Below the pieces are notes generated by a model. That model searched no databases. It had not been told where the DNA came from and worked only from the letters and a program-made list of their open reading frames with translations. Below, one piece after another: positions 52,611 to 64,000 of a stretch of DNA of 64,000 nt; positions within the stretch are counted from its first letter, which is position 1, and each line of letters begins with the position of its first letter. Origin of the DNA: Chlorokybus atmophyticus. Lineage: Eukaryota; Plantae; Mesostigma and Chlorokybus algae. Location of the stretch: contig RHPI01002069.1 in assembly GCA_009103225.1 (NCBI GenBank), positions 2,504,846 through 2,568,845 on the forward strand. Direction: 5' to 3'. Both the position numbers and the translations under genes were made by a program.

Positions 52611-55600
52611 TCACCACACTTTACCTGTCGTTCGCTGTTGTCGCACCTCTGCGCCATCAGCATGTACAATCCATTGTACAATACCCCATACGCCATGCCC
52701 GCTGTCCTGTACAACTTTGCGCGCGCGCGCAACATCGAAAGCAATGCGTGCATCGGGTACCCACATGACTGCACGCAACAATTGCACCATCTTTTGCAAG
52801 AAGTGTGTTCGCGATGTGCAAATGCGTGCAAAGCGTACAACCCAAGAGATAAGCACATCAAAACTTAGCAGTAGTAGTTTTAGAGATTGCTATCCGGGTG
52901 TGGTGCTCGTCACCGTGGGATAAACCTGAATGGTGCTGTTTTGAGCTTGTTAAACTCTCGTGCGCAAGCCTACATCCCGGGTCTGAAAGATTTTTATGTC
53001 CAAGAACGGCATGCGCACACCTTGTGCGAACTGTACAAGCGTCAGCATGTATCGTGGGTAGATCCCCACCCCAAACACTGCAGGGTCTAAATACATGCAA
53101 GCATTGATTTCTGACCGTGCCAACACGAGAAGATCATCAACATATTGGACAACAATGCGTGCAAATCCGACAGCTACGTTACTGTGCCCCGCCAGCACCA
53201 ACCTGTTCATAAAGTCCAACTCATATGTGAACAAGTCATACGTAGCAATGAGTACCCCCGCATTGTTGCTCCTGGGTATACAAACAACTCGTCGGTGGAG
53301 CTCATCCTGTGCTATTTGCACATACAACTTGCCGATTAAGTACTCTAGCTTTGCATGCAGCATATTAGATGTGAACACGCAGGTTACGCCTTCCCTGGTC
53401 ACCACAGTGTTACATAATCAAGTGCATATCATATATGTAGACTACATATTGGTCGTTTCAAAACCAAGAATTGCGCCGCAGCGCCGCCGAGTACAACGCC
53501 AATCGATCCGACGAGTATTGGGATGGGTGACCGCGCAATTGTCGCCCCACTGAACATTTTGCCCACTTTGCAACCACAAAGTGCGTACATCATACGCAGC
53601 GGTAAAACGCGTACTGTTCCCCCAAAAGTCGCGTACCTTATGACCATGCCACAAAGTGTCTATCACATCTGCCATACCCTTGTATGCCCGCATGAGCCAA
53701 ATAGATGCATCTGCAAGAGTAGTGGCATAGGCAGCAGCAATGAAGCGTGGTTTGGGTGGGTCTTTATGGAGTTTGCCTGTCATGTACAAGTGGTAAATGC
53801 ATGTGTACCCTCTGCTTTGTTGTAGTAAAGCCTTAGTAGTGTTGTAGGCCTGATGCAACGCTATAATATCTTTCGAGCTCTGTGAACAGACCTCATAAAT
53901 TGGCGTTGCTAGTTCTGCACGCAAGCGTTGTAAGTAGTATGACTTGCACATCACCGCCAAAGTCCCATTACACTTGTCTACTTGCGTGTAAACCATGGAC
54001 CACTGCAAGTTTTTCAGAAGGTTCCTGTCATTTTCCGTTATGGCATAAGGCACAGTAGGTTGTTGCTGTGTGTCTTGTAATAAGTCAGCGTAAGTCTCCA
54101 TTTCTACTAGCAAAGCGGTGGACCACTGCAACAACAAGTTAGGCTGGTTATGGCGTTCCTGCAGTGCAGCCACAACCCGTCTGACTCATTTCCGCACAGA
54201 TGTCAATGCATCTTGCACTATCGCCACTGCAACTGGCACACAAAGCTTAGCACCGCAAGTAACGAGCTCATGCAAAGCATGTCGCCTGTGACAGCATAGT
54301 CACATGTCAACACGTGTAGCAAATCACCATGTACCATAGGCAAGTAAGGATTAATGCTACACGCACAAGCTTGCAACTGCAAAACCTCTTGTCGTCTTTA
54401 TGACAAGCGACAACCTGTTGTTGCAGGCCGTACCCAGCGTATATCTATTCAACCTTTAATACTGGCACAAACCTTTTGGATCAATATTGGTCCGTGATTG
54501 TGCAAGTCTGGACATGGGCTGCTGCTCTCATGCTATTGGTGGCACAATTTTGTACCATTACAGCTATGTAATATAACAACCATTAGTGGCACAGCCTGTA
54601 TTTTTGATGGCACAGATTTTTTGCAACTTTTTATTACTGGCACAAATGTTTGTGCAAGTGTTGGCACGAGTTTGTGCCAATATTGGAACGGGGCGCTGGA
54701 CCCATGTGCTCGCTTTATTTAATGAAACGAGTTAGATTGTTACTCCCGAAGTAAAGCTGGATTTGTAAATCTTAAATGAATATATCAGCATATGTGCTGA
54801 CAAGTGCACATTGTCAAGGGCATTTCATGAATGCGTAAGTTGAATATCATGTTGATAATCATTCATACACCTTCGTTGTCAGTGCATACGCGCACGTCGC
54901 TTAAGGAGGATGGCGACAAGGGGGGTACGTGGTTTATGATAAGGCTGTGGCCATATGTAGTAATTATGGTTACTGTGCTAGTCGTTGTAGCGTTAATGAG
55001 ATGAGTGTTCATGACATCAGCAAGCAGGCCATCGTGAGTTTGTAGGGGGTGGGACCGTGTGCTATGCCTTCTTAGCCACTCATCTTCAACAGCAGTACTG
55101 ACAATATTATTGCTATTCAACTCTTGGTGCAGGTTCTCAACCAGCTCGATGCACGTCTAAGATGCGCAAGGTATTCCAACACAATACCCCAAGCAATGCC
55201 CACCTGTGCCGCAACACTTTACTGCAGCGGTAAATTACATGCGGCACAGATTGCATGCTGTTATCACGGCATTTATTGTACAAGTTCCTCACATGCCGTA
55301 CGTCCATTGAGTCATAATGGACGTGCGTGGCTGAAACTCATCCCACTAGCAGCGAACACGTCCTGCATAACAACCAGGATTATGTGCACGTGGGGCGTGT
55401 TATCGTAGTGTGACTATATGATCGTTGTCACACATAATCGCAAACCTTACTTCCTCCCCCTGTTGCTGCGCAGTATTATACGCATATAGAATGATGGGCA
55501 AAACATATGTCTCACACCTTGGCCTAGCGTTAATGCTCATGAGCATTGCGTTGTGGCGTTGCTGGGCATAGACCCCAACGCCCATGAAAGCCGTTGTGAA

Positions 55601-55720
55601 AAGTCAAGGTTGACAACAGATGTACTACTTGCAACCATGAACAGTAGTTCCGCTGCCATGCCTTCATATCATGTCTTTTTATAGATAGTACAATTGGTAC
55701 CCACCTTGACAAAAGGGCAC
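52611..55720 (-). mobile_element. Degenerate Penelope-like retroelement, N-terminal-EN (Chlamys/Naiad) type
   Basis: CxC linker CACSINPYLPMVHG (CxC at 54359-54367), VDKCNGTLAVMCKSYY, GKLHKDPPKPRFIA, YVDD (53133-53144), PFLDI and thumb SWVVRFARICTS. Weak GIY-YIG-like remnants at about 55270-55720. Confidence 0.8.
54450..54708. mobile_element. Orphan CACTA-like terminus: TGGCACA motif array ending in CCATGTG
   Basis: About six TGGCAC(A/G)/TGTGCCA motifs, then CCATGTG at 54702-54708. No TA flank and no partner end found. Confidence 0.4.
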
Positions 55721-56118
55721 ATCAAACATACTCAGGTGTTCCTCATGGTGCTACAACACACTTGAGGCAGCTGCATCCTGGAAAGGGAAAGGGAAATAAC
55801 ATTACCCATGGGCTTGCTAGGGTCAGTAGCCGTTGAGGTTAATGGCCGGTGATCAACCGGCATCAGTGTGACAGTCACATTCAGCAAAGGGGCAGCAGCA
55901 GAGCAATGCATGTGTGGTGACTGTGCCATGTCACATGAACAGTAACCGTCATCCATGAGCTCAGCACCTCTACGTGCAGCAACGTCGTCAAACAGGTTAA
56001 GGAACTGCACAATTGGCAAGAACAACAGTGGCCAGCTGGCACAACAGCAGGGCCTTGTTTCTGCAATGGGTCCATTGGTAGACCGCAGAGTATGCGCAAA
56101 ATGAGCTGAGCTAGTTGT

Positions 56119-56449
<331 letters not shown>

Positions 56450-56487
56450 TCCGTGCCTTGCTTTGTGCAACTAACTGATACCGTTTG

Positions 56488-57971
56488 TCATCCCGCATCA
56501 GGGGTTGTCTTCATTTCACTATTCAGCATTGCTCCACAAGGCCCTTTGTCTCTTGTATCTGTCTGGAGAAACGCTTCGTACTGCTCGTGACTGATCAGCC
56601 GCTTGTCGCCCAAAGCATCAAAAGACCTGCCATTGCAAAAGACATGCAAACCAACATAAATCTCGCGCCTTGCAACGTATGCTGCAGTAGACAGTCGATG
56701 ATGCAGCGAGTGACTGAGTGTTGCGATGAAGCCAAAAACACAAAGGCTGAACAGGAAAGGGACATAATCTGAACCTGTGCGGCATGATGATGGCGACAAA
56801 GCCTTCGGTTTCAGGTGCCCGCGCCAGCAGAGACGGCTCAGACACGAGCCTCTCGTTCACTTCGAGCAACACCCCGCTCACACAAGACCTGTACACCAAG
56901 TCAACATGCGCACACACGCGCGCGTGCACGCTCACCAGCAGGCAGCGCATGGCACATGCGCATGCATACAGGGATGCATGTGTACGCGTACGCGCAGACA
57001 CGCATATGGAGACACACGGGCACATGCATGTATACACACGCATGCACCCACACCCACACGACCACACGCACACACACGCGCACAAGCAAACTCCTCATCT
57101 TGCTCTTGCCTGACAATGAGACTGGCGCTGTTGCTATTGTTGCTGCCATCAGAGCCATTCACCACAATCTGGCAGAGGGCAGAGTTGGGTTCCAACCGTT
57201 GCGCCGCGCGCTTGCTCTTGCCCGCGGGCACGCGCTCGGCACGGTTGCCGCCACCCTTCCCGCCCCGCCCAACATTGAAATCCACCTTGAGGCTGTTGTT
57301 ATTGTTGTACTTGTGGTTGTGGTCGTTGTCACCATTGTTGCCGTTCTTGGCGAGAAGAGCTTGGAGCAGCGTGTTGGCTGCAGTAAGGCCCACCACACAT
57401 AGCCTAGATACAAACATACAAGTCATGAAGCCATCTACAGGCCTGGTTGTACGCTGTTTGATAGATGACAAGCACCCGTGTCAAGGTTGAGAGTTTCCTA
57501 TTGTGGCTTCTGCGCACATACCTACCCGTTGGGGTGCGCGTAGACGTAGTGGTGGTGCCCTGGCTGGTTGCCCACATCTGCAGACCCATACATACAATCA
57601 TCCACAATTGCAGCCCGCATGCATGCAAAGAGTCAGAGCACATACGATAAATAGACAGAGGTTCTATTCTCCTTAAGCGGAGCATGCAGCATGCCGTGCG
57701 ATGCTTTGAGACCCACAGCACAAAGTACAAAACAACCTTGCGCTCAAACGCAACATGGACTACTTGTTGCGTGTCCTCCTCCTCCTCCTCCAACTCAACA
57801 TCTTCACTATCATCAACAACACTCACCGACAGCGTAGCGTCGTCGGAACATGCGTTCCACGGCGGGCGGCGGTCGTGCTCCCGGGGCGGGCAGCGTTTCG
57901 GGCGTCACGATCGTAGACAACTCAGCAGCGCCTCCGCCTCCCTGTCTGCCCTCGCCCGCGCAGGCCGCCAT
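56488..57971 (-). CDS. ABITRAM: Abitram/FAM206A (Simiate), GCV_H-like fold, 5 exons
   Basis: Spliced exons 57971-57827, 57577-57526, 57403-57110, 56888-56775 and 56626-56488 give VERMFRRRYAV / DVGNQPGHHHYVYAHPNG / LCVVGL...KVDF...AGKSKRAAQRLEPNSALCQI...IVR / SCVSGVLLEVNERL...PETEGFVAIIMP. Intron 3 needs a GC donor. Confidence 0.85.
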
Positions 57972-58657
57972 CCCCGCCGACAACCTTCCCCCCGCCGCCG
58001 CCGGTGGTGTGTCGTCGTCGTCGCTTGGAGTTGTTCACATGCAGCGATTGGTTGGCTCAATGCCCACTGCCTTGCCTTGTGTTGGTGTTCATGTTTGCTT
58101 GTGCTGTTACTTTGTGGTTGTGGTGGCTTTAGCGTTGCTACCCATAAAGTTTGTCCAGGCAAAGCCCACACAAGTAGAGTAGAGCCTTCAGCCTAGTGGA
58201 CACAACGCAGTTCCTTTCCGTGCCAGCCAACAACTTGACATGCGCGCGCGTATCTGCCTACCTGTGCGTGTGTATGTGTGGGCGCGCGTGCACATGCATG
58301 TGGGTGAATCAGCTCTTGTATGGGTGCATGCGCGCGCGTATGCTTGTCCAACTCCAGCACAGAGGAGTATGGATGGGATGTGCGTGCAGCAAGCGGAGGA
58401 GACTTTGTTGCAATAGGCCATCATACGCACAATGACCCACCTCTCCGCACAAGTCCACGTCATGCCAGCAGCAACACACAGTTGCCAAAGTTGACAGAAA
58501 CTACACCGAGCTGACACATCCAGCACTCGGTAGCTGTGATACTCACGTTGTGCGTATAGGACAACCTGTATAGTGACACAGTTTCATTGCTCTAAGCATT
58601 TACATCTCTACAGAAGTTGTGCATGTGACTTGCACGAGGGGGTCTATGTATGTGGTA

Positions 58658-61135
58658 TCACAGCACGCCCAGGCCCGCCACATGCCCTCTCCTTCGAGCC
58701 GATTCAATCTCCGCCTTCGTGTCCTCGAGTGTGGTGTACTGGTAGGCCCTCTCCACCTCACCCTCGCACCCGCTGCCGCGCAGGAGAAGCGCGCTGCGCC
58801 AACGTGCCTCCACAGCTCTCACCTGAAACACATGGTTGGAACACAACGAGAGAGAAACAACCATCATTACCATTGCTAATATTGATCGTAACGACAGCAA
58901 CAACCACAATAGCAGCAGCAACAGCAGCCGCAGCCGCAGCCACAGCCACAGCCACAGCCACAGCCACAGCAACAACAACAACAACAACGACAACGACACA
59001 AAACCAACAGCAACAGCAACCACAACAACATAAAACACAACCGTACTACATACTTGTCGTTTGTACAAGTCTTCTGCAGCTGCGTGCATCACGCTCGGTT
59101 CGAGTGTTGTCTGGGTGGGGACAGGTAGACCCGACAGTAATGACTTGTTGGGTATCGGCATTGATGCGCGCGCGTATTTGTCGACCTCGCCTCTTGTTAC
59201 GTGTGGCCTGACGAGGTTATGAGTCTCATCGCTGCACCAGAGCACGCCATAGCGGGTGTCATAGCCAACCTGCACGCATGTTGCAATGAATGATATATAG
59301 CTACATGGCTGACACAAAGTGCTTATGAACTTCGCAAGCATACATATGGTACAGATAGCCTTGCGTGAACTTCTCCTGTACACACTGCAGTGTGCATGTG
59401 CGCACGCATGCGCGCGCACACACGCACACATACACGTCCACGCGCACTCACATACTGCTTCGTACCTGTGTGCCGGTGTCAAACATGCTGCCCACTTGAA
59501 CTTGTGCATCGCACTTCAACAATGTTGTCTCAACCTGACCTCCGCCAGCTTGTTTGACCATTGTCCTAACACTGATATCGTCTTCATCTCTGCCTTCAGA
59601 CGACGTCGATGCCACTGATGCGCTTTTCTGCCTCACCGATATCGCCACCAACGCAGGGGGGGACCCCAGCACAGACTCTTCGATATCTCCTGAACCCTCA
59701 CTATAATCCTCGTCCTCCTTGAACCTTCTGAACTGGTCTGTGTGCAAAGCAACAACAGCATCCTGCTTCCCGCGAATACCATCGCTATCTTCTCCAATAA
59801 CCTCCTCCTCATCATCAAAATCACTAACAACATCAGCTACATCACCACCAGCAGCATCTCCAATGTCATCCGCAACATCTTCCTCGTCCGATATCACCGG
59901 AAGGTCTGATGCGAGCATGATGTTGTCTCCCCTGAAGGATGTCCGATATCGTTGTGGCGGTGATACGCTCTCCACTGGTGAGACGATATCTCCTCCTTCG
60001 CTGTCGCTATCGAGCTCCAATGCGGATGCCAACATGATCCTCTCACCGGTCTTGCTCGCCAACATCTGCGCGGCTTGCTGCAGCGTGGGGTTGTTGTTGT
60101 TGTTGTTGTTGGTGGCGGTGGCGGTGGTGTTGACTTTAATGGCCTCCTGTTTGTGGTCGGTGAAGTGTGGCACAAAGTCTGGGAGTGATTGTCTTGTGGT
60201 GGCGGCGTTGGCAGGCTGAAGTCTACCTGCACGCAAAGTGAAGGCAAGTGTGTCGACGAGGTTCCATGTAGATTACGCATATTGGCAGTCTCAAACACGC
60301 ATGCGCATGCGCGCGCGTGCATGCGCATGTAAGTGCGTGTGTGTGTGTGTGTCTACGTGTGTGCACATGCAAGTGCGTGCATGTGTGTACACATGCGCAT
60401 GTGTGCTTGTGCAGGCCCGATCACACATGCATGTACGCCTTGTCATGCACTGTCAGACGGATCACAAGCGTATTCAACATAACCAGGTGTGATACTGACC
60501 TCATAATATTCTGCGCTTTGCCCACTTTCATTACTTCAGTGTACTTACCAGGATGGAGATCCACCCGAGTTGAAGATGGTGCCACCACAACGGTGTCGCT
60601 GAGCCGCCGCGAGGGCGACCGCAGCGCAGTCTCCCTCGCCATCACAGCGTCCATAAGCTTTCATACGCAGGAAATAGTCAAACACAAACCCATACACTCG
60701 CAATCACCATGCCATACATTGCTCATGCCCTTATGTGTCAAAACATGTTGCTGCTACTACTCCCATCCCCACCTTAGCGCTGCCAGCTGTGCCTTCAGAC
60801 TCTGTGTGCCTGCGCCGCCCCCGCCGTCTCGCTTTCGCCTGTGACATGTTCCCATCATCCTGACCATTACCATGCAGCTCTCTCATCCCCCCCTTTTTCT
60901 TGTTGTTCTCATCCTTGCTCTTCTTCTGGGCGGCGTACTTGGCCGCCAGGGCATCCGCCCTGGCCAGCACTCCCGAGGCATCGGTGGCGGCGCTGGCGGC
61001 GCTGCTGCCGCGAGAAGGGAGGAACGAGGAGGACGGCGGAGGAGGCTGGCTGTACGCACGGTAGAGGTTCATTGCTGCCGGCGGCGACGACGCCAACGAC
61101 GGCAACAACGCGGCCGCTGTTGTCGCCACCGTCAC
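58658..61135 (-). CDS. Probable C19orf44/DUF4614-like protein: low-complexity acidic N-terminal region and conserved C-terminal motif; multi-exon, boundaries approximate
   Basis: Exon-like ORFs at 60731-61135, 60421-60654, 59448-60236 and about 59060-59280. Terminal exon contains YQYTTLEDTKAEI (YTTLEDTK at 58715-58738), which resembles the DUF4614 Y(T/H)TLE(E/D)xKxxI motif as recalled. Confidence 0.5.
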
Positions 61136-61574
61136 GTGAGTGCTGAGGGACGGATATCAACTCTGCAGTCGCGGATTTCGGCAGCTTGGCCAGTTCATCA
61201 ATCCAGTCGTCTGCTTACCAGTAGCACTCCAATGCAAGCCTTCCTGAATGCATAGGGTGAAATGAAGGGGTATGCACAAGACAGTTGATATTGCGACTTT
61301 TTGAATTATAAGAATAGTAATGATAATGACATTAATAGCGCAAGCACCTGAAGCTCGAAATACCTTAATCCATCGTTAACAACTTTGAAAAAAAGTGCAT
61401 GAATGTGATTGTGTTGCAAGCTGTGTATTTATAACGTTTAGCATTATAATTCATGGCCCACAATCCGGGATTGTCAGATGCGTAATTGCTCATATTCAAT
61501 CGAGCTCACCACGCTCGCAATCGTGCAGATCAAGTAGGGAAAAAACGTATGCAAGTATGCAAGCACTTCACGTA

Positions 61575-61897
61575 TCGTATTTACTCTGATAAGAGCCCCC
61601 CTCCAATAAAACCCCCCTCAGCAAAAAGGGGTTGGGGGGCTGTAAAAAAAGTGCCCATTTGCGGGCGAGTTATGCCCCTAATAGAGCCCCCCTCAGCAAA
61701 AGGGGTGGGATGGGGGCTGTAAATAAAGAAGGGGGGGAGGGGGGGGGNNNNNNNNNNNNNNNNNNNNNNNNNNNNNNNNNNNNNNNNNNNNNNNNNNNNN
61801 NNNNNNNNNNNNNNNNNNNNNNNNNNNNNNNNNNNNNNNNNNNNNNNNNNNNNNNNNNNNNNNNNNNNNGGGGGGGACTGTATTAGAGTAAATACGG
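61575..61897. mobile_element. Tc1/mariner-pogo type MITE containing an assembly gap
   Basis: TA|TCGTATTTACTCTGATAAGAGCCCCCC versus the reverse complement of the right end, TA|CCGTATTTACTCTAATACAGTCCCCCC. Internal AGCCCCCCTCAGCAAAA repeats. Confidence 0.85.
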
Positions 61898-62135
61898 TAA
61901 TGTCGCTTATGTGTACCGTCACAAATTTTACAAATAAGTACTGCTCGGTTTTTGGCTTGGAGTCGTGCTGTTGTATATTGATATTGTTACTTTCTGCCTT
62001 ACGCAAAGCCTATCATGTTGTACTTGATTGTAACGATACGCCCGCACACTACATTCAAATGCCATAATATATCACAAGAAAATATACTTTTTTGTACTAT
62101 TATCACATATGATGAAATTGGACATACAAGCATTA

Positions 62136-64000
62136 GGGTAAAGTGCTCTAGTTTCGGCCAAATAAGGTTTGAGACGTGACAGCTCTTAGGGTGTTTGTTT
62201 TTTGGCGGTGATGTGAGTGAATGAGTTGAAGGAAACTAAATTGGCTGCACGTAAGTATTTTTTTCAACAAAATTGGAGCAGTGACGCGGCAGTTATGCTC
62301 TGCTGAGTGGGCATGTGTAATTCATGCAGGTCAAAACCTAACGTGACCTTATTTCGGCCGTTGTTCTGGCTGTGTAGTAGCAGGACTGGCGTCGGCCATG
62401 TCATGTGATGTGGCGGGTGATGTGTGGCTGCTGGTGTGCTGACACTGACAGCTGCGTTTTGCCGCCACAGTGCACCACAGCTGTCATTCTTTTTCCCGCC
62501 AATGTGGCGGGAGACAGCTTTCAAGCAAAGCAAGGCACAGTAAGCGTAGGATGCATGTTGCTGTGCATGTGGGTCATGTGCGCAGCGACAGCAGCAACAG
62601 CATGCATGGCAAGGCTGTAGATGTTGTAAGGGTTAGCATGGTGTATGTACAGGGGTTTGCGTGTATACTATGTATGCTACTGTCTAGCAGCACGCTTAGC
62701 CCGCCATTTTGCTCCTGCTAGTCTACTCTCTGGGCTTGGGAAGGGGCGGTTGATGCGTGCATGGAGCCATTCGCCCCACTCAAGGAATGGCGGGTGCCTC
62801 TCGCTAACCCATAGCATGGGATCCCAATCCCATCTACTGAGTAAGTCCAGCGCCTCCTCTCTTGTCTTAGCCCGTTGCTCCTCCTCCAATCGTTTTTCCT
62901 CTCTTTTCTCAGCCGCTGCCTGTTTTTGCCCCGCATTCTTGGCTGCTGCCTCTGCTGATCTAGCTGCCTTCTGCTGATCTTTGTGGGCTTGTTTATTTGC
63001 AGCGATGCGTGCTGCCTCTTGCTTCTTGGCCGCTACTGCTGTAGCCTTCTCTGCAGCAGCATCAGCTCGCTCTTCCGCAGCTGCTGCACGGGCCTCCTTG
63101 CGTTGCTGCACAGCCTCATTTGCTACCCTCCTATCCTCCTCAATCTGGTATTGCCTGTCTCGAATGTCAGCATGCGTCAGCCACTCTGCTGTTGCTGGTT
63201 TCACACCCGTCCTCCTCTTTTTCTTTGCAGGTTGAACATTGGCGTTGGCTTGGGTTTGCTCCTGCACCTCCTCCTCCACCTCTGCTACTTGGGGGGGCTC
63301 TCCTTCCAGGACGTCAGCAAGCACATCTAGCAGACCCTTGGGAGGTTCAGGAGGGAGGTATTTGTCAACTGCATCAGCATTGAACGGGTGAATGCCTGCG
63401 TGAACAGCAGTAAGGTCAATTGTGTTGCACAGGTGCATGCATACACATGCACATGCACACATGCAATTGCACACATGCACATGCATGAGTTACACTCACC
63501 GCATGCCTAGAACCCAGCCATGATGTTGGCCGCACTAAGCCCTTGCACAAAGCACGGCACGAGCATCTTCAAGAATTGCTCATTAGGTAGGCCTCTCAAA
63601 CCTCTGTTGTCCTTCAGCCATGCAGAGTATACCTTCTTGTACACAGACTTGAAGCTTGAAAAACAGGCAACATCTAGAACCTGCAGTCTGTGTGTGGTGT
63701 GGGGGGGCAAAACGAGTATGTCCAAGCCCATATCTTTGCACTTGTCTATGGTAGCCACATGGTAGCGACTAACGTGGCCGTCACAGATGAGGAGAGCTGG
63801 GTTGCTTTGACTAATCCCCCCAGGCATGTTGCTTTGCAGATGATCAATCAAGGTGGAGAAATGTTCAGTAATCATCAATGCATTCTCTTGGACGCTGAGG
63901 CTGGCGCCTGGCAAGCCAAAGGCCTCTCCCCACTCAGGGTAGAGGTGCTGGCCTGCGAGGATAGCGGTGGGGGGGATGCAGTAGCCAGCAGCTGTCACAG
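62136..64000 (-). mobile_element. pogo/Fot-like transposon 3, 3' part, runs off the window
   Basis: TA|GGGTAAAGTGCTCTAGTTTCGG terminus at 62136 resembles the TIR of element 1. ORF 63507-63998 has ICDGHVSR...VLPPHTTHRLQVLDVACF (DD35D). Tail ORF at 62677-63486. Confidence 0.88.

Overview
Eukaryotic nuclear DNA, most consistent with a chlorophyte green alga (inference from GT-AG introns with CA/GT-rich interiors and the mix of transposon families). Four multi-exon host genes can be spliced by hand: an organellar glutamyl-tRNA synthetase (minus, 5719-8691) lying head-to-head with a LisH + SRP40_C nucleolar phosphoprotein (NOLC1/SRP40-like, plus, 9137-12597), an Abitram/FAM206A-like gene (minus, 56488-57971) and a probable C19orf44/DUF4614-like gene (minus, about 58658-61135). 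Most of the rest is nested mobile DNA. It includes three pogo/Fot-like DD35-spacing elements with GGGTAA-type TIRs and TA target duplications, a Tc1/mariner-pogo MITE, two CMC/EnSpm (CACTA-like) transposase elements with CACATGG ends that each abut or interrupt a copy of the same degenerate Helitron, a roughly 1.2 kb palindrome upstream of that Helitron, an AT-rich foldback element, and a degenerate Penelope-like (Chlamys/Naiad-type) retroelement. Accessory features include a frameshifted Crinkler-like PD-(D/E)xK nuclease gene, a SAM-domain ORF inside a CACTA-like element, a degenerate coiled-coil/RING gene and a pre-miRNA-like hairpin. All assignments come from manual motif recognition and hand alignment; no database searches were run.
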